A stretch of DNA of 63,796 nucleotides, the filler included, from Klebsormidium nitens (taxonomy: Eukaryota; Plantae; Klebsormidiophyceae): the NCBI GenBank assembly GCA_000708835.1. It is 5 parts of 5 records of this genome, joined end to end, with 100 filler letters (N's around TTAATTAATTAA, not from the genome) between each part and the next. Parts side by side here need not be neighbours in the genome. Positions count along the whole stretch, not along the records: positions 24,534 to 46,715 come from DF237161.1; positions 46,816 to 54,593 come from DF238276.1; positions 54,694 to 60,448 come from DF238403.1; 2 more parts are not named here. One strand, given 5' to 3'. Made by a program: the position numbers and the translations under genes. This document shows, piece by piece, positions 44,001-57,700 of the stretch. Under the pieces are notes generated by a model. It searched no databases, was not told where the DNA came from, and saw nothing but the letters and a program-made list of their open reading frames with translations. Every line of letters starts with the position of its first letter. Position 1 is the first letter of the stretch.

Positions 44001-45717
44001 CTTAGTCCTTTAGCATGTGGTCCAACTTTGCCAAGTGGATTTCACATTTAGGCAGTGAAGAGGCGGGTGCCTCTGAGGCCTCAAGATCTGTGGTGATGGC
44101 TGACGCAGTGTACCATCAGAAGGTCTGCTCAAAAGGCATCCGACTCTTTGGCTGATGCCGCTCAAGTGCAACATTCGATAATAAAAGCGAGGGCCCGCCA
44201 CCGGGGTCCCTCACCTTTCCTCCCCGCCAGGGCCTCCAGTCCTCGCTTGCCGAGCCCCTCCATCCACTCGCGGCTGCCAATCAGCTTCTTTTCCCTGGGC
44301 GGCGCTTGCCCCGTCTGCTGGCTGAGCGGGATGCTGGGCAGCGCCCCCCGCTGCTGGAGGACCTTGGAGAGCAGGCTGCGCTGCTGCTCCAGCTCCTGCA
44401 AACAGGAGCAGGGGGGACGCCGTCAGCGCAGCTTCGCCTTCTCGGCGACTTGCCCAGACCTCGCAGCATGCAAGGCCCTACCATCTTGGGTCCACCGCAT
44501 GTGCGCACAACAGCGGCCGATGCGGGTCAGCAGGCGCCGGCCATGGCTGGGAAGTCTGGGAGGGCGCACCTGCTGCAAGGAGGCCACGAGCGCCTCGCTC
44601 TCGCTCTTCTGATCCAGGGCCACCTTGACCAAGTCCTTGAGCTGCACCAGCCCCGACTTGCGCCGCTCCGACACCACGCCTGCGCACGCACGGCAGCTCA
44701 GCGCAAGGATGAGGAGCGGCCCGCCGGGCCTCCGCTGGCATGGGTCCAGGAAACCCACGGGAGATGACCACGGGACACGAGGGTTTCGGCGAGGGCAGAA
44801 TAATGTGGGAGTGAACCATGCCTCTTGTACTGAGGACAAGCAGTCTCCACCACGATCGAACATTTTTCAAAATCGCCAATGGCCCCACTTTTGGAAAGAG
44901 ACCAGATGGAAGCCTCACAGAACGAGTCTTTCTTGAAGCCTGACGATGGCTGCGGCTGCAATATAACAACACAAACTTCCAAAACGTCTCACCAAAGATG
45001 ATTGCGCCCGCAAAGCCCAGCCCTTCCAACTCTGCGGATGGGCGGAAGAGCGTTGCGAAGCATTGGGGGCCCCCGCACCCTTTCTGCAGGCTCTCCGCCA
45101 GGTCCGCGGGGCTCTTCACCTCGCCCCCACTCCGGATCACCTCCTCCCGGGGGGGCTCCCGCAGCAGCTCGTCGGGGTCATAGACGAGCACCGGCAGGCG
45201 GGGCCCAAGCGGATTAGGGGCTGGGGGCGCTTTGAGGCCACTGCGGGGTGCAGCAGTGAATAGAAGGGCACCAGCCTGGGCTGAGGGCGGGTCGAGGGGG
45301 AACTGATAGCCCTGTTGCAAAGAGGTGGACAGGGAGGGCCGCACGTCCATGGCAGGGGGAAGGCGCGTGAGGGGCGGGTCCTGCGGGGACACCGGCAGCA
45401 TGGCACCCGCGGGCACAGGCCCCAGGACCAGCAGGAAGGCGGCAGCGGCGCTAACAATGCCGGCACTGGGTAAGGGACGGTGGGCGCCCACCACTAGCGA
45501 CCTTGGGGACTTCTCAGGACCGCTGCGCATGACCTCAGAACCAGAGGCTGCCAAGTTTGCATCCTCAGTGCACTTGCTTCGGGCCTGCTCTTCATTAGCT
45601 GACTCGTCTGGCGGCGCCCAGGCAATCCATGTCAGGGCGTGTGGCTCAGTGAAGCTGGTGGTCACCCTCCCCCCGCTCGCCAATGAGAGGCTGGCGCCTC
45701 GTGCCTCCTGCATGTAG
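41028..45717 (-). CDS. Multi-exon PIN-domain nuclease gene (SWT1/SMG6-like PIN) with upstream coiled coil
   Basis: Spliced PIN: VIPDTNQF..VVPLA|VLKELDGL..ALARK|ALRYM..WLRGQ..|..ADDELVDCC..VTLLTDDKTLQLKA. Phase-consistent junctions at 43390/43097, 43033/42545 and 42455/42001. The four acidic sites are present. The 5' extent is uncertain. Confidence 0.78.
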
Positions 45718-46715
45718 CCCCCGAACCAGAGCTGCGAGGGCAGGCTGTCGCACAAGAATGCGGCCACGTCTAACCGTGCTGCCACTGCGTCCTCCACTAC
45801 CAGCGCATGGCATGCGCTACATGCTGTGCCACCTGCACTCCAGTGCCCCGCTCCCCGTGATTGCCACCGTAGCTGACCTAAGCGCTCACCCCTGCCTTCT
45901 GCTGGCGCCCCAATCGCGCAGGGGCCTGGACGCCGGCTGCTTCGCACGCTAGGATAGGCCGCGCCGCTGTTGCAAAGCAATGCTGTGCTTTCATTTGCAC
46001 GGCCTTGCTTCCTTTGGATCAGACAGCCCCCAGCTTCTGCCAGTCCTGGGCACCAGTGTGTATTAAGGGGTTGACGCCACACCCCCCTACGAGCCTCTGT
46101 TCTTTTCGCATGCTGTGATGTTGATTTGGTGACGCCCCTCATCGCTCGCTCTGGAGAGCTGATGAGAGCAGCCATCATGGCCCGTGGACCCAAAGAAATC
46201 CAGGGTCCCGGGACGTCCCTGGCCTGGATGGCCACAGCTTCAGCCTCAGGCCCTGGAGGCCCAGGGCTTTCTGAGTCCAGCAGCCTCAGCTCAGCTCACA
46301 ATGACATGTCTGACACGAGCTCCCCTTCGCTGGACACGAGCTGAGGACTCAGCCTGCCCTCAGCGTGTCGCATGAACTGTGATGATCTGGTCAACCCAGA
46401 CTCCCGGTCCGTATCGAGAAAACCTCGTAAAGCCATTTTGGTTTTACGAGCAAATCGTTCGATGTCCGTAGATCCGTATTGGACAAATTCATCGTATTCG
46501 CTGGGGCCGTATTGGAGGATTTGCTCGATACTGAGAATGCCCTATCGAGCAAATTGCTCGATTCTTGGACCCCGGTGGTTAGATCTCCGGTAGTTTCAGG
46601 GGTCGGTCCGGACGATCTTGTGGAGATGGCAAGGCGGTTTTGGAAGAGGTTTAAAAAGCGAAAGTCGAGGGTCGGGGTTGCAAGTAGAGCGGAGTGGTTT
46701 GATTACTGTCAAGAG

Positions 46716-46815
46716 NNNNNNNNNNNNNNNNNNNNNNNNNNNNNNNNNNNNNNNNNNNNTTAATTAATTAANNNNNNNNNNNNNNNNNNNNNNNNNNNNN
46801 NNNNNNNNNNNNNNN
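46716..46815. other. Artificial contig spacer
   Basis: 44 N + TTAATTAATTAA + 44 N. Confidence 0.97.
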
Positions 46816-49800
46816 TCGGGCGGCCATCGGGTGCCCGTTTACCACTGGGTCGGGTTCACATTGGACTTTCCCAAAACTTTCAAGTTTTATCGTGAATCGC
46901 GATAGCTCACTCTGGCTAGACTTGCGTCACTCGGCGTCACCCCGGCAGAGTCGGCGGGCTAACGGTCAATTCTTCGAACTTCAGAACTTATCGAAGTCGA
47001 AAACCTTCTCAAATCCGGGAAGGCTATCGAAACGCGGTCGAGTTGCATTCTCTCAAGATGAAGTCGGGTGAGCTCGTGACCATGTATGTGGGTCGGGCAA
47101 AGGATTTGTATAGGGACTTGGTCGCCACCGGTTTTGAGATGAAGCCGGATGAGTTGGCATGGAGCGTGCTTGCGGGATTGCCCAAGTCGTTTGGTACCCT
47201 GAGAACAATCCTAGAGGCTTCGGAGAGCGCCATTAGCTCGGTAGATGCGGTTCTGCCGAAGCTCTTGGTGCATGAGCAGGGGTTTGAGGTGTCGCCTACG
47301 GAAAAGGGCGGCGGTGGGTCGGACTCCGCTGTGGCCTATGTGGCCGGGCGGAAAGGGGGCAAGGAGAAGGGCCACGGCAAGGATGAGAGCCGGGGCAAGG
47401 GTCCCAAGTGCTATATTTGCGGGGAGTTCGGTCACATTGCCCGGAATTGCAGCAAGCCGGATAGGCGGGAGCACAAGCCGGAGCGGAAGAAGGGGGGAAA
47501 ACCTCCCAAGGGTGTGGCCTTTAGCGTCATTGAAGGGGTGTCGACCGACGATTGGCTCGTCGATTCGGGTAGCTCCCAACATCTAATCGGGAACAAAAGC
47601 CTATTTGAGAGCCTCGAAATGTTGCGGGGGAGTGGCCGAGAATTCATTTTCGGGAACAAGGGAACCCTATGGGCAGAGGGGAGCGGCTCGGTAGAGCTGC
47701 GGTGTGCGACACCGAGCGGAGAAAGTCTCGTCACTCTGCAAAACGTGATGTACGTCCCGGGGGTGGCGGTGAATTTAATCTCGGTGAGCAAAGGCCACCG
47801 AGGTTGCGTCAGTGCTGTTCAAGGAGAACGGCAACTGCGAGCTTGAGGTTGACGGGGAGGTAGTTTTGTCGCTCGAAAAGTGAGGGGATCTATGTGGTCA
47901 ACCGGGCGGAGAGGGACACGTGCTTCCTTGTGAAGAAGCCGGAAACGGCGGAATTGTGGCACCGACGGTTGGGACACGCCGGGTACGAAAACTTGGCGAA
48001 GATGGTGCAGACGACCTTGTGGAAGGGGTCGGGGTGGAACCGAGTGCGTTTAGAGCGCTTAAAACCTCGGTGTGTGAGCCCTGCATTATGGGGAAGCAAA
48101 CTAGGCTCCCCTTCCCGGAATCCGACTCGGTGAGCACGGACTGGTCCATATGGACGTCTGCTGGCCAATGCCGGTAGCCTCGGTAGAAGGAAGCCGGTAC
48201 TTTGCTATGTTCTTAGACGACTACAGCAAACTCTCGGTTGTAGTTCCCATGAAGCAGAAGAGCGAGGTGGCCAAGATCACAGAGCACGTGATCAACCGGT
48301 TGGAGTTGCGAAAAGCAGCTCAAGTCGGTGCGGACGGACCGGGGCAAGAAGTACGTCAACAAGGCCCTTGAAGACGTCTTCAGGGGCAAGGGGACAGTCC
48401 ACGAGAAAATTGCCCCCTGTAGCGCCGAGCAGAGTGGGTCGGCGGAACGGCTTAACCGGGATCTTGAGGAGAAAACCCGAGCAATGCTTGAGGACTCGGG
48501 GTTGGCCAAAGAGTTGTGGGCGGAAACCGTGGTGACGGCCAACTACACCCGGAACCGGACGCCCGTGAGCGCCCATGGGAGGACTCCATGGGAAGTTTTC
48601 TTCGGTGAAAAGCCGAATGTCGGGCATATAAAGGTTTTTGGGGCCCGAGCGTCCCGCCATGTCCCCAAACAGCGGAGGCGTAAGCTAGATCTGGTGAGCG
48701 AGCGATGTGTGTTCGTGGGGTACGAGCCGGACTCGAAGGCGTATAGGTTGCTCCGGGACCGTGACGGGAAGTAAATCATCTTCCAAGACGTCATCTTTGA
48801 CGAGGGGATCTGGGGAGATGGGATTGTCGAGCTTGGCTCCGACCCCACGGACGGTTCCCAGACGGCGGAGGGTCCCGGCGCATAGGTTCACACGGAAGCC
48901 CATGAGGGGCCAAAACTTGAATCTCCGCGCGAGGGCGACGCGGCCGCGCGCGCGCCCGACGATCCGCGGCCGCGCGCTTTCACAAACGGGCCGAAATGAG
49001 GGCAAGTTTGAAACTGTGCGCGAGACCAGGGCAGAGCCGGAAGAAATTGAGGAGGATATCGGAATGCAAACACCGGCTGCCCAGAGGTTCCCCGCGCGCG
49101 AAAGACGCGCACCGGGGGAGTGGTACCGCGCTAACTTAGCGGCGGAACCGCAGGCGGGGGAGCACCCCAAAGGGACGGGGGAGCACGCAGAACCGCAGAC
49201 TTATCAGGAAGCCGTAGGAGGAGAAGAAAGTGAACTATGGCGGAAGTCAAGGGACGAGGAGATGCGGTCCTTGTTGGAGAACGGGACATGGGAGCTCGTC
49301 GAAAACCGGAAGGGGTCAAGCCGGTTCCCATGAAGTGGGTTTACAAGATAAAGCGGGACGCTCTCGGAAATGCAGTGGAGCGGTACAACTTGTCCCGGCT
49401 GGTGGCAAAAGGGCACCTCCAGAAGCAGGGAATTGACTTTGAGGAAGTCTACGCCCCGGTGAGCAAGGACACCACATTGCGTGCATTGTTGGCCGTGGGT
49501 CGCGGAGCGCGACTTAGAGATGCACCAGCTGGACGTCAAGACGGCGTTCCTCAAAGAAGTTGAAGGAGGAGATCTACATGCACCAGCCGCAGGGATACGA
49601 TCAAGGCGGGCCCAACGTGATTTGCCACCTCAAGCGCACCTTGTACGGGTTGCGCCAGGCGCCGCGAGCATGGCACATGCGCTTGAAGGAGGAGCTCGGG
49701 AACTTTGAGTTTGTGGCATTAGTAATGCGGACGCGGTGCTCTTCACGGAATAGTAGTCGGGGAGCGGGTCTACATAGTGGTGTGGGTCTACAGAGTGCTG

Positions 49801-51162
49801 TGGGTGGACGACATCCTAGTGGCAGCCCGGGGAGCGGAGCGCATTGCCAAAGTGAAGGCGCGTTCGGGGAAGAAGTTCGACGTGCGCGACCGGGGAGAGG
49901 CGAAAAACTTTCTCGGCATGGAGTTGACGCGCGATAGGGAGGCGTGCACTCTGAAACTGACGCAAAAGAAGCTGACGGGTGAGCTTGTTGGACGGTACGG
50001 ACTAGCGAGCGCTCGGGCGCGCTCAGTCCCTCTCGGAACGGGGGACAAATTAACCAAAGAAGGTGAACCCCTCGTCAAAAAGCGGTTTCCTACAGTGAGT
50101 GCGTGGGAAGACTCTTGTACCTGAGTGTGTGCACTCGGCCCGACATTGCACAGGCAGTTGGCGCGCTTGCGCGCTTTATGGCGGGGCCGGCCGACGGAGG
50201 AGCACTGGCGGGCGGCGCTTGGAGTTGTGCGCTACCTAGCGATTACGGCAGAGGACGGGGTAACCTTTGGGGGGAGCGGAGAGACTCTCATCGCTTATTG
50301 CGACGCGGATAACGCGAGTGACGTGGACACAAAGCGATCCACAACGGGGCACGTCCTCTTGATGTATGGGGCGGCGGTGAGCTGATCGAGTACGCTGCAG
50401 CCAACGGTGGCGGCCTCGACTGTAGAGGCGGAGTATATAAGCGCAGCGGTGAAGGAGGCGTAGTGGTTCCGCGGACTCGGGGGAGACCTTGAGTTGGACC
50501 TCGGGACGGTCCTGATTTATTGCGACAACCAAGGGGCAATACGGCTCCTCAAGCACCCAATCGCTTCACAGCGGTCGAAGCACATTAACGTGATTCATCA
50601 CTTTGCACGGGAGCGTGTGGCACGCAAGGAGGTCGCGTTCGCGTACTGCGGGACGGAGGACATGAAGGAGGACATCATGACCAAGGCGTTAGCAGCGAGG
50701 AAATTAAAGAAGTGCAAGAGCGAGATAGGAATTGCATATGTCATTAGTGTGTGGGGGAGTGTTGAGATTCGGGCATTTGATGTGCGCGATCTCTTGGGTG
50801 ACGTCGACGGGAACTCGACGATAACCAGTACTTAGCGACTGGCGGTTAAATGCGCGCAGGTTACAGCGTTACAACCGAATGGGGACCGAATGACTTATTG
50901 AGATAACCGCCGTAATGAGTAAATTCGATAATAGCCGTAGATATTCAGATTTGCGCGAGATCTTCGGACTTGCTTAATTCGCGGTCAACTGAGCCTACTA
51001 GGCTACTAGTGTAGACCTAGACTAGAAGTGTGACTCTACTTGAGTGAGTCTAGCATAGCACACAAACTGCATAGCTTTAGCGCCGCTAGACTCCGAAGAC
51101 TCGATGTATTGTGTGAATTTGATCATTCGATCATTCATTCCAAATAACGCCGTGTTTCAACA
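46816..51162 (+). mobile_element. Decayed Ty1/copia LTR retrotransposon (gag-PR-IN-RT-RH + 3' LTR), 5' end cut by the contig start
   Basis: Gag with CYICGEFGHIARNC knuckle; protease WLVDSGSS; LWHRRLGH..CEPC; integrase FLDDYS, RTD and GSAERLNR; [22 protein letters not shown] and WVDD; RNase H YCDAD, EAEY and IYCDNQ. Multiple frameshifts and stops. Confidence 0.95.
50760..51162 (+). repeat. 3' LTR (403 bp), TGTTG...CAACA, preceded by a polypurine tract
   Basis: GTGTGGGGGAG at 50749-50759 immediately precedes TGTTGAG. The end is defined by alignment with the solo LTR. Confidence 0.9.
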
Positions 51163-53154
51163 GTCCGCACAGCTTGAACGCGCGCCCGCGGCACTTAGCG
51201 GCACTACTAACCGCTGCGCCGCGGACGCATTATCGGCACTCCACCGGCAAGCAATCGGCGGTCACGGCCCAGAGCACGCACAGCCGCGGCAGGCCGGGGA
51301 TGTTTGGCGTCGGACAGGTCGGCAAACACGACTGCCGCCCGGCATTGCTGCGTGCTGCGCAGGGACCGGGGTCACTACCGAGCCGCGAAGAACTTGCCGC
51401 GCGGCAGACACTGAGCGGTGACGAAACGCTTCGGCGCCCCAGCGGCGGCGCTCCGGCACTAGAGTGATAGCATGCAAAAGGTGCGGCACCATAGACCGTT
51501 AGGCCTAGGCGTGACCCGGGCTTTTTTCCGATGGTGCCGCGCACAATAGCAACTTGTAGCCAAGTGGATGGATTCAAGAAGCCCGTATTTGGCGTTGGTG
51601 TGGTAGCACAACTTGGCAAAAGCGGACACCCCGTCTACGTGTGGTTGCGGTTGGGGCCAATGGCGCAATCAATTGCGTATGTTTAAATGGATTTGGACGA
51701 TTTCCACGGCTCGGGCAGTCTCCATGTCCGCACGGTTAATGTTCAAAACCTACGCTTGGTACGCGTGCTACAGTATGGTAGAGCCCACGTCATCTCATAG
51801 TATACTTGCGATAACCATGCACGAACCTCAAAACGCCGACTCGATTTTCGAGCAAAAATGTTTTTTGCCACCACTGTCGTCGGAACTCCGCAACTTTTTG
51901 AGAATTTTTCAAATTCGACAGCCACCAGCCGCCAACTCTTCAACCCCTTCCTTTTATGTGGAGTTCTGCCAGCTGCCGGCAAGTCGCCAGCCTCCACGTC
52001 ATCCGGATCCGCTGAGTCAGTAGACGATCGTTCACGTTTTTGCAATTGTCGAATGGGTTTTGAGATCACGCATGGACTCTGCGAACCGTCCGACATCCAC
52101 CTCTAGGGTTTTGATATCTAGCGGAAATGAAGGCCAGATACGGTTGATTGTCACGCCACCACGCTACGAGGCGCTACGGCGTCGGATATAGACCTGGTCG
52201 AGGTTATGCTTCGGAAGTAATGACAGTTTTGTAGCATCGTACGTATCACCAATCATCTGCCAGAGTCAGGCTTGATTCATTGATTCGTACCGGCCGACCG
52301 CTACCGGCAGACGAAACGGGCTTCAAATACCTCACTGTCGGAGTTCCATGTACGGTAAAGACTTTATACGAAAGCATGACTCTGTCCGACGGTAAACCGT
52401 GGTCGGGCCGGGGTCATCACTGACTCGGTCGGCGTCAATAGCAGTCACAATCTGTAACGGCGCTACTATTCCGAGCCCAGATCGCGGGAATCCCTTGATA
52501 GCCGCGCTCGCGGGTCGCGCGGACTTGTGTCATTAACGCGCAGTGCCGCCGCGAGTTACACCCTGAGCCAGTTTGGCCGTCGGATGGCTGGGCGTGGTCT
52601 CTAAATTGGCACGTTTACGATCACTGCACGAACGCCGACATTAAATTACTTGAGCGGGGTGGGGACCTCGCGGCTGGCAAAAGTGCCCGGCGGCTGGGAG
52701 GTTAAGGGGCCTGGCGGCGCAGCGGCTGTACCCGGTAGAAATCAGCCCGGGTGGTAAAATAACCGGGAAATTGATATTTTTAGATATTTCGGGGCTGTTT
52801 TAGCCGCTATAAGCATATACGAGATAGCTTATACAGTAAACATGCATTTTAGCTTTTCTATTAGTCCGAAAACTTTGTGTATCAGCAGATTTTAAAATTT
52901 TTGATGATTTTTGTCCGTGGGGCCAACCTGGCGGCTGCATGGCCCGTAAATTCGCTCAAAATTCTGATGGCCGGCAAAATGTCGCCGTTCGCGCAGTCGT
53001 TGCAAAAGTGTCTTCAACCACGCCCCGGATTTGGTTGAATCCAAAACGGGCATACCGTCGGGGTCTATGCATGTGCATGGGCTGCAAGTCTGCGACTCAT
53101 AATATCATACACATGAGATTATGCATGCAAAGATGCAACTCCCAAGAGGGAGCG

Positions 53155-54593
53155 GGAATGAGACATGTAGTCTCTGGATTCCACCAAAGGTGTAACCTCT
53201 TCACCACCCTCTCTCTGAGAAGTTTATCACCAGGCGCCTTCATGCCTCTCCCATGCCCCTCCCATGCTCACACGGAGTAAGAACGTTTCACAATCAAGCG
53301 CACCGTAGCGTATTGATGGTTGATGTCTCGCAGGCTAAGTTGCCGAGCACGGGCCGCTCAGTGCTAGGGTACTGAGTCCTTATCACTCAATCACGGTCTC
53401 TCAGTCTTCCAAGAGTGTTGCACTTGTGCCAGAGGGATGTGCGCTGAGCTTGTTGGGATATCCGTAGCTTGCCCGAATGGTCTGATGGTGAGTGTTTGAG
53501 GTATAGACGCTGTAGACGCGTTATAATCGATTGAGATTCAGCAGATTGTAAGATGTTCTCTTTTAAACGCCGTAGCCACCTGGGCCATAGGCTTCTCATG
53601 GCATACATCATATATAATGTGTGTACTGACATCACTATCTCTTCCCCAACGTCTGAATTTCAAATCCTATCGGCGTCTCCAAGGCAAGCTGCTTCGACGA
53701 GGCCGCTCGGACTGTAGCTGCAATAAGTAGTTGAGGTCCTAGCCCTCAAGTCTCCACCTCTTAGCTGAATCAGAGCCTAGGCTTCCTAAATTACGGTCTC
53801 GTGCTTGTTGCATCCGGACCTAGGAGAGAAAACAAGAGACCAACCAGAATGTCGAAGTGCATACCTCATACAAGATACATGATGCGCATCATGCCGGCCA
53901 TTAAAAACCTCATGTCCCGTACTTTAAAGCTTAGCGGATCTTTTCGGTTAAAGAGGAAAAAGTAGTACCGACAATACACACAACATGTATTTGTGCGGGT
54001 AGTATAGATGAGGCAGATTAGCAGAAGCAGATTGCATGGACAAATGGAGGGGGCTGGCTGGGGCCCACACTCTCCGTACAGTTTCAAAAGCAAGGTTCAT
54101 GTTCATATGCAAGGCCATGTACCATGTAACAACTGACTTGGCAAGATAATGAAAGCTAAGTCTCGTTCTGACTGTCATGCTAGCTCTAACAGGGAATAAG
54201 AACGCAATCTCGTATCTCGTAGAATCAAACTAGCCAAGTGGAGCTCAAGAACGCAGGATCGTGGCTGGACGAAGCACAACTAGGAGGCCGTTGCTACAGC
54301 TGCCCTGAACGGATTGAAAGAGAAATCTAAGTAAGGTACGGAATTCATTTCCGGGTGAGTTATGTTTTGCGTGTTCGAGCAGCTGAAAGGAGAAATTGGC
54401 GAAAAAAGCGATCAAAATTGTGCCTACCTCCGCATGCCAAGAGGATTTCGTGTAACCTAACAAAAAATCTGAAACGTTCTTACTCCCGGTGAGCATGGGA
54501 GAGGCGCGAAGGCGCCTGGTGATAAACTTCTCGGAGAGAAGGTGGTGTAAAGGTTACACCTTTGGTGGAGGCCGAGACTACATGTCTCATTCC
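53155..54593. repeat. Inverted repeat pair of about 125-135 bp (53155-53290 and 54470-54593) around a degenerate interior
   Basis: GGAATGAGACATGTAGTCTC..CCACCAAAGGTGTAACCT..GAGAAGTTTATCACCAGGCGCCTT..GAGTAAGAACGTTTCA recurs in reverse complement up to the contig end. Confidence 0.8.
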
Positions 54594-54693
54594 NNNNNNN
54601 NNNNNNNNNNNNNNNNNNNNNNNNNNNNNNNNNNNNNTTAATTAATTAANNNNNNNNNNNNNNNNNNNNNNNNNNNNNNNNNNNNNNNNNNNN
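54594..54693. other. Artificial contig spacer
   Basis: 44 N + TTAATTAATTAA + 44 N. Confidence 0.97.
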
Positions 54694-54796
54694 CCGAGTC
54701 ACTCTAAATCCGCTCCTTTGCACACACATTCGGGGGGGGCGGCCACTTCGAGCAGGATTAGAGCACATGTGCCTTGCAAATGCATCAGGGTCTCAC

Positions 54797-57700
54797 CTGT
54801 GTTGTATGATGGACCACACTTGTGTGCCTCGGCGGTTGTGTGGTGGAAATGGAATCTGCAAAGATTAAGCACGAATGAGAATAAAAAATGTATAGCAGTG
54901 CACAGCTGAGGAAAGTCGCAATGCTGTATGGCAATGGCACGGACGAATTGCTCTCAACAAGAGCCACCCCTTGGCTTGCGCAAATCTTCTGACCTTACCT
55001 ATCGACCAGGAACCGAACGTCTGCAAAGAACGCTGGCTCTCTCCGCATCGCGTAGGCACGCAGCTTGCAGGCGTTGTCGTGGATGAGGTACAGAGGAAGA
55101 TCTCTCCGATTGAGCCGCGTGTACAGGACGGTGAAGGGGTCTCGCGGCGACTCCCCGCGGAGCATGACGTGGAAGCCATAGATGACACAATGAGGGCACG
55201 AGAAGACGAAGCCGCCCTTTGTGTGCCGTTGCAGGCATTTTGTCTTCTTTATCCCGCTTTCGAGAGCGACCTTGGCATCGAATTCACCGACGGTGAGCCC
55301 GCTCCGACACCGGTGCTCCTCGTCGCGCTCGCGAGACCTACCGAGATCGTCTTCGAACGGTTCGTATTGCGGGAGAGGGCGTTTTTGCTCCCAGCCTTTC
55401 AACGGGTAGCAGCCTAGCTCTCGCTGCTCACGGCAGTAGGGATGATCTGGGGGAAGAGGGCCAAGCTCCGATCCGTCCGCCCCGAGACCGAGCCGCTCGT
55501 TCAACAAGATCCGCTCCGGCGGAAGGAGGGTGTACTCGTACGGGTCTGGAGGGGAAAGGCTTTCGACCCCGGGGAGAAGAGCATTCGCCCGGGCCGCCCA
55601 GAAGTCGAAGGCTTGCTGCTGCTCGAAGCTCAAGGGTTTCGGCTCCCGCTCCAGCCACACGCAAACATCGAGGCCTTCGATGGCCGACAACGCCCACCCC
55701 GCCCGCCCGACCCCAAGCCCCATCGCGCCCCGCGCAAACAACGTCAACCGATACAGGTGGTGTAGCGCGGGATGGAAATACCGGGGAAAGCGGTCACCGT
55801 AGTGGTCTAGCAGCCGGCGCAGGATTGGGGAATGCTCGGCCAGTACAACCCTGTCGTCGTCGTTTGCGGCTTCCCCTAACAGAAGCTTGCGGACCACTCC
55901 TAGGGCCTTCCCATGCTGGATGAGGTTGGAGTCGTCCGACACCGAGAATGGCGCTCCAAGGGTGTAGAGCAATTCCGCCCATCTGTGGGGGCAGTGCGGA
56001 GGCCATCGGGCCCCGTCTTGCATCGATTCTCTCTCGATGCCCTCGAGCAGCTTGCACACCGCTTTGTTCTTCGATCGGACCTGGCCGACTTGATGGCCCG
56101 GGATCTGCCGACGCCAGTGCAGAAGAACGGGGTCGGCATCGGCATCATCTGGATCTTGGACGAAGTCCGCGACGACCTGCACGTCGTCTCTGTCAAGCGC
56201 GACCTGCACAAAAGACGCCTGGTCAGGGCAGAGCATGAAGGACTATTGATTCTTGTCCGTTTGCTTGCATGGTCACGAAGATTCAAAGAGTCGTTGACAA
56301 ACTCACGGTGTCGAAAAGACAGACTGCTCATGATGGGCATGCTTGAAACAGAATCAGAACTTACCAGGAGCTCCTCGTACTCTCGTGCACTGGGCGTCTT
56401 TCCTAGCTCCGGGTCAGCAGCATGGTGTCCGCTAAATCGCGCTAGAAGCGTCCGGAGCTCGGGCTGATGCAGGAGACGCTTTTTCAGGCCCCCTCCCGAC
56501 AGAGACGCCGCCAAGTAGTTGCTTCCGGCCTCCATTACTTTCCGCACGTTGACTCCATCGAAGCCTTGACTTGGCGCAGTGAAGGGCCGAAGCAAGGCGG
56601 CATCCGTACCGGCAAGCCCACCCTTCTGACGGGTGCCGTCAGCGCAAGCAAGCCCCGTGATGCCGTCGCATAGGAGTACCTTCACAAAGAGACAACCTAG
56701 TGTTCTTGAAAGGGTGATTCTCATATGTCTTGGTTGCCCACGCTCTGATGACGTCAGCAACGCACGATCGCAAAAAATTTGTGCTAGACCTTGGACACGT
56801 GGACACGCCGAGTCGGACCATCCCTCTCATGACGTCAGCAACGAGCGACCATGAAAAGTTTGTGCCAGACCCTGGACACTTGGACATGCCAAGAGCGGGT
56901 CTCCCTCCAATGACGTCAGCATCGACCGACCGCGAAAACTTTGTGCTAGACCTTGGACACTTGGACACGACGAGACGGGCTCTCCCTCTAATGACGTCAG
57001 CAACGAGCGACCGCGAAAAGTTTGTGCCAGACCTTGGACACTTGGACACGCCGAGATATGCCAATTCTGACGATATGATCATAAGGTAAGGTGCGCGAGA
57101 AAATCGATGGTGGTTGGAAGCACCAAGTGCCATCATGGATTGCGAACGTGGGCGTTAAGTGTTGCAAAACATACCTCCGGATGTGGCCCGCACAGAGAGC
57201 AGCACTCCATGATCTGCCGCCCACACAGCTTGAAGAAGCCAAGGGTTGCCTTACGCCAACACTCCTCTGACAAGATGGTTGCATCGGGGTTGTATTGACG
57301 CCGCACAGTGTTTGCAGCTGCAACGAGCGAGCTGAAAGCAGCACCCGTATTCTGAACGTCTCGTAGCAGTATCTGACAGGCTTTTTGCGTGATGACCACC
57401 CCGCGCGTCCAAGCGTACAAGCCGAGGGCCTCCCCGTTGAAATGAACGGTATGCTTCTCGGGGCATGCACAGCAGTAGATCCGGAGCTTGACCTGGACAA
57501 GAGTAGAGTAATAATGGTGCCCATCGCTAATTGACAGCTTTGAATCAATCCACAATTCAGGCTAGTGGAGTCAGGTTGAAGCATCGAAGTTTAGATTGAA
57601 ACATTGCACGGCTCTTTACGCAAACCGTCTGCTATCATTGATGGAGTATTCTTCGTGGCACTTCTACCACATCATGCATCACCACTTCAAGCAAGAAAGA

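Noticed and set aside
32900-46300. Many long overlapping Arg/Ala/Gly/Pro-rich ORFs on both strands
   Set aside because: They are shadow ORFs of GC-rich SECA2 and PIN exons and introns, with no independent motifs.
46376-46715. Possible LTR or gag start at the end of contig B
   Set aside because: A TGT start and a short ORF only; no PBS or domain evidence, and truncated by the spacer.
56748-57055. CRISPR-like array
   Set aside because: The units are contiguous homologous 81-mers with no unique spacers, and there are no cas genes.
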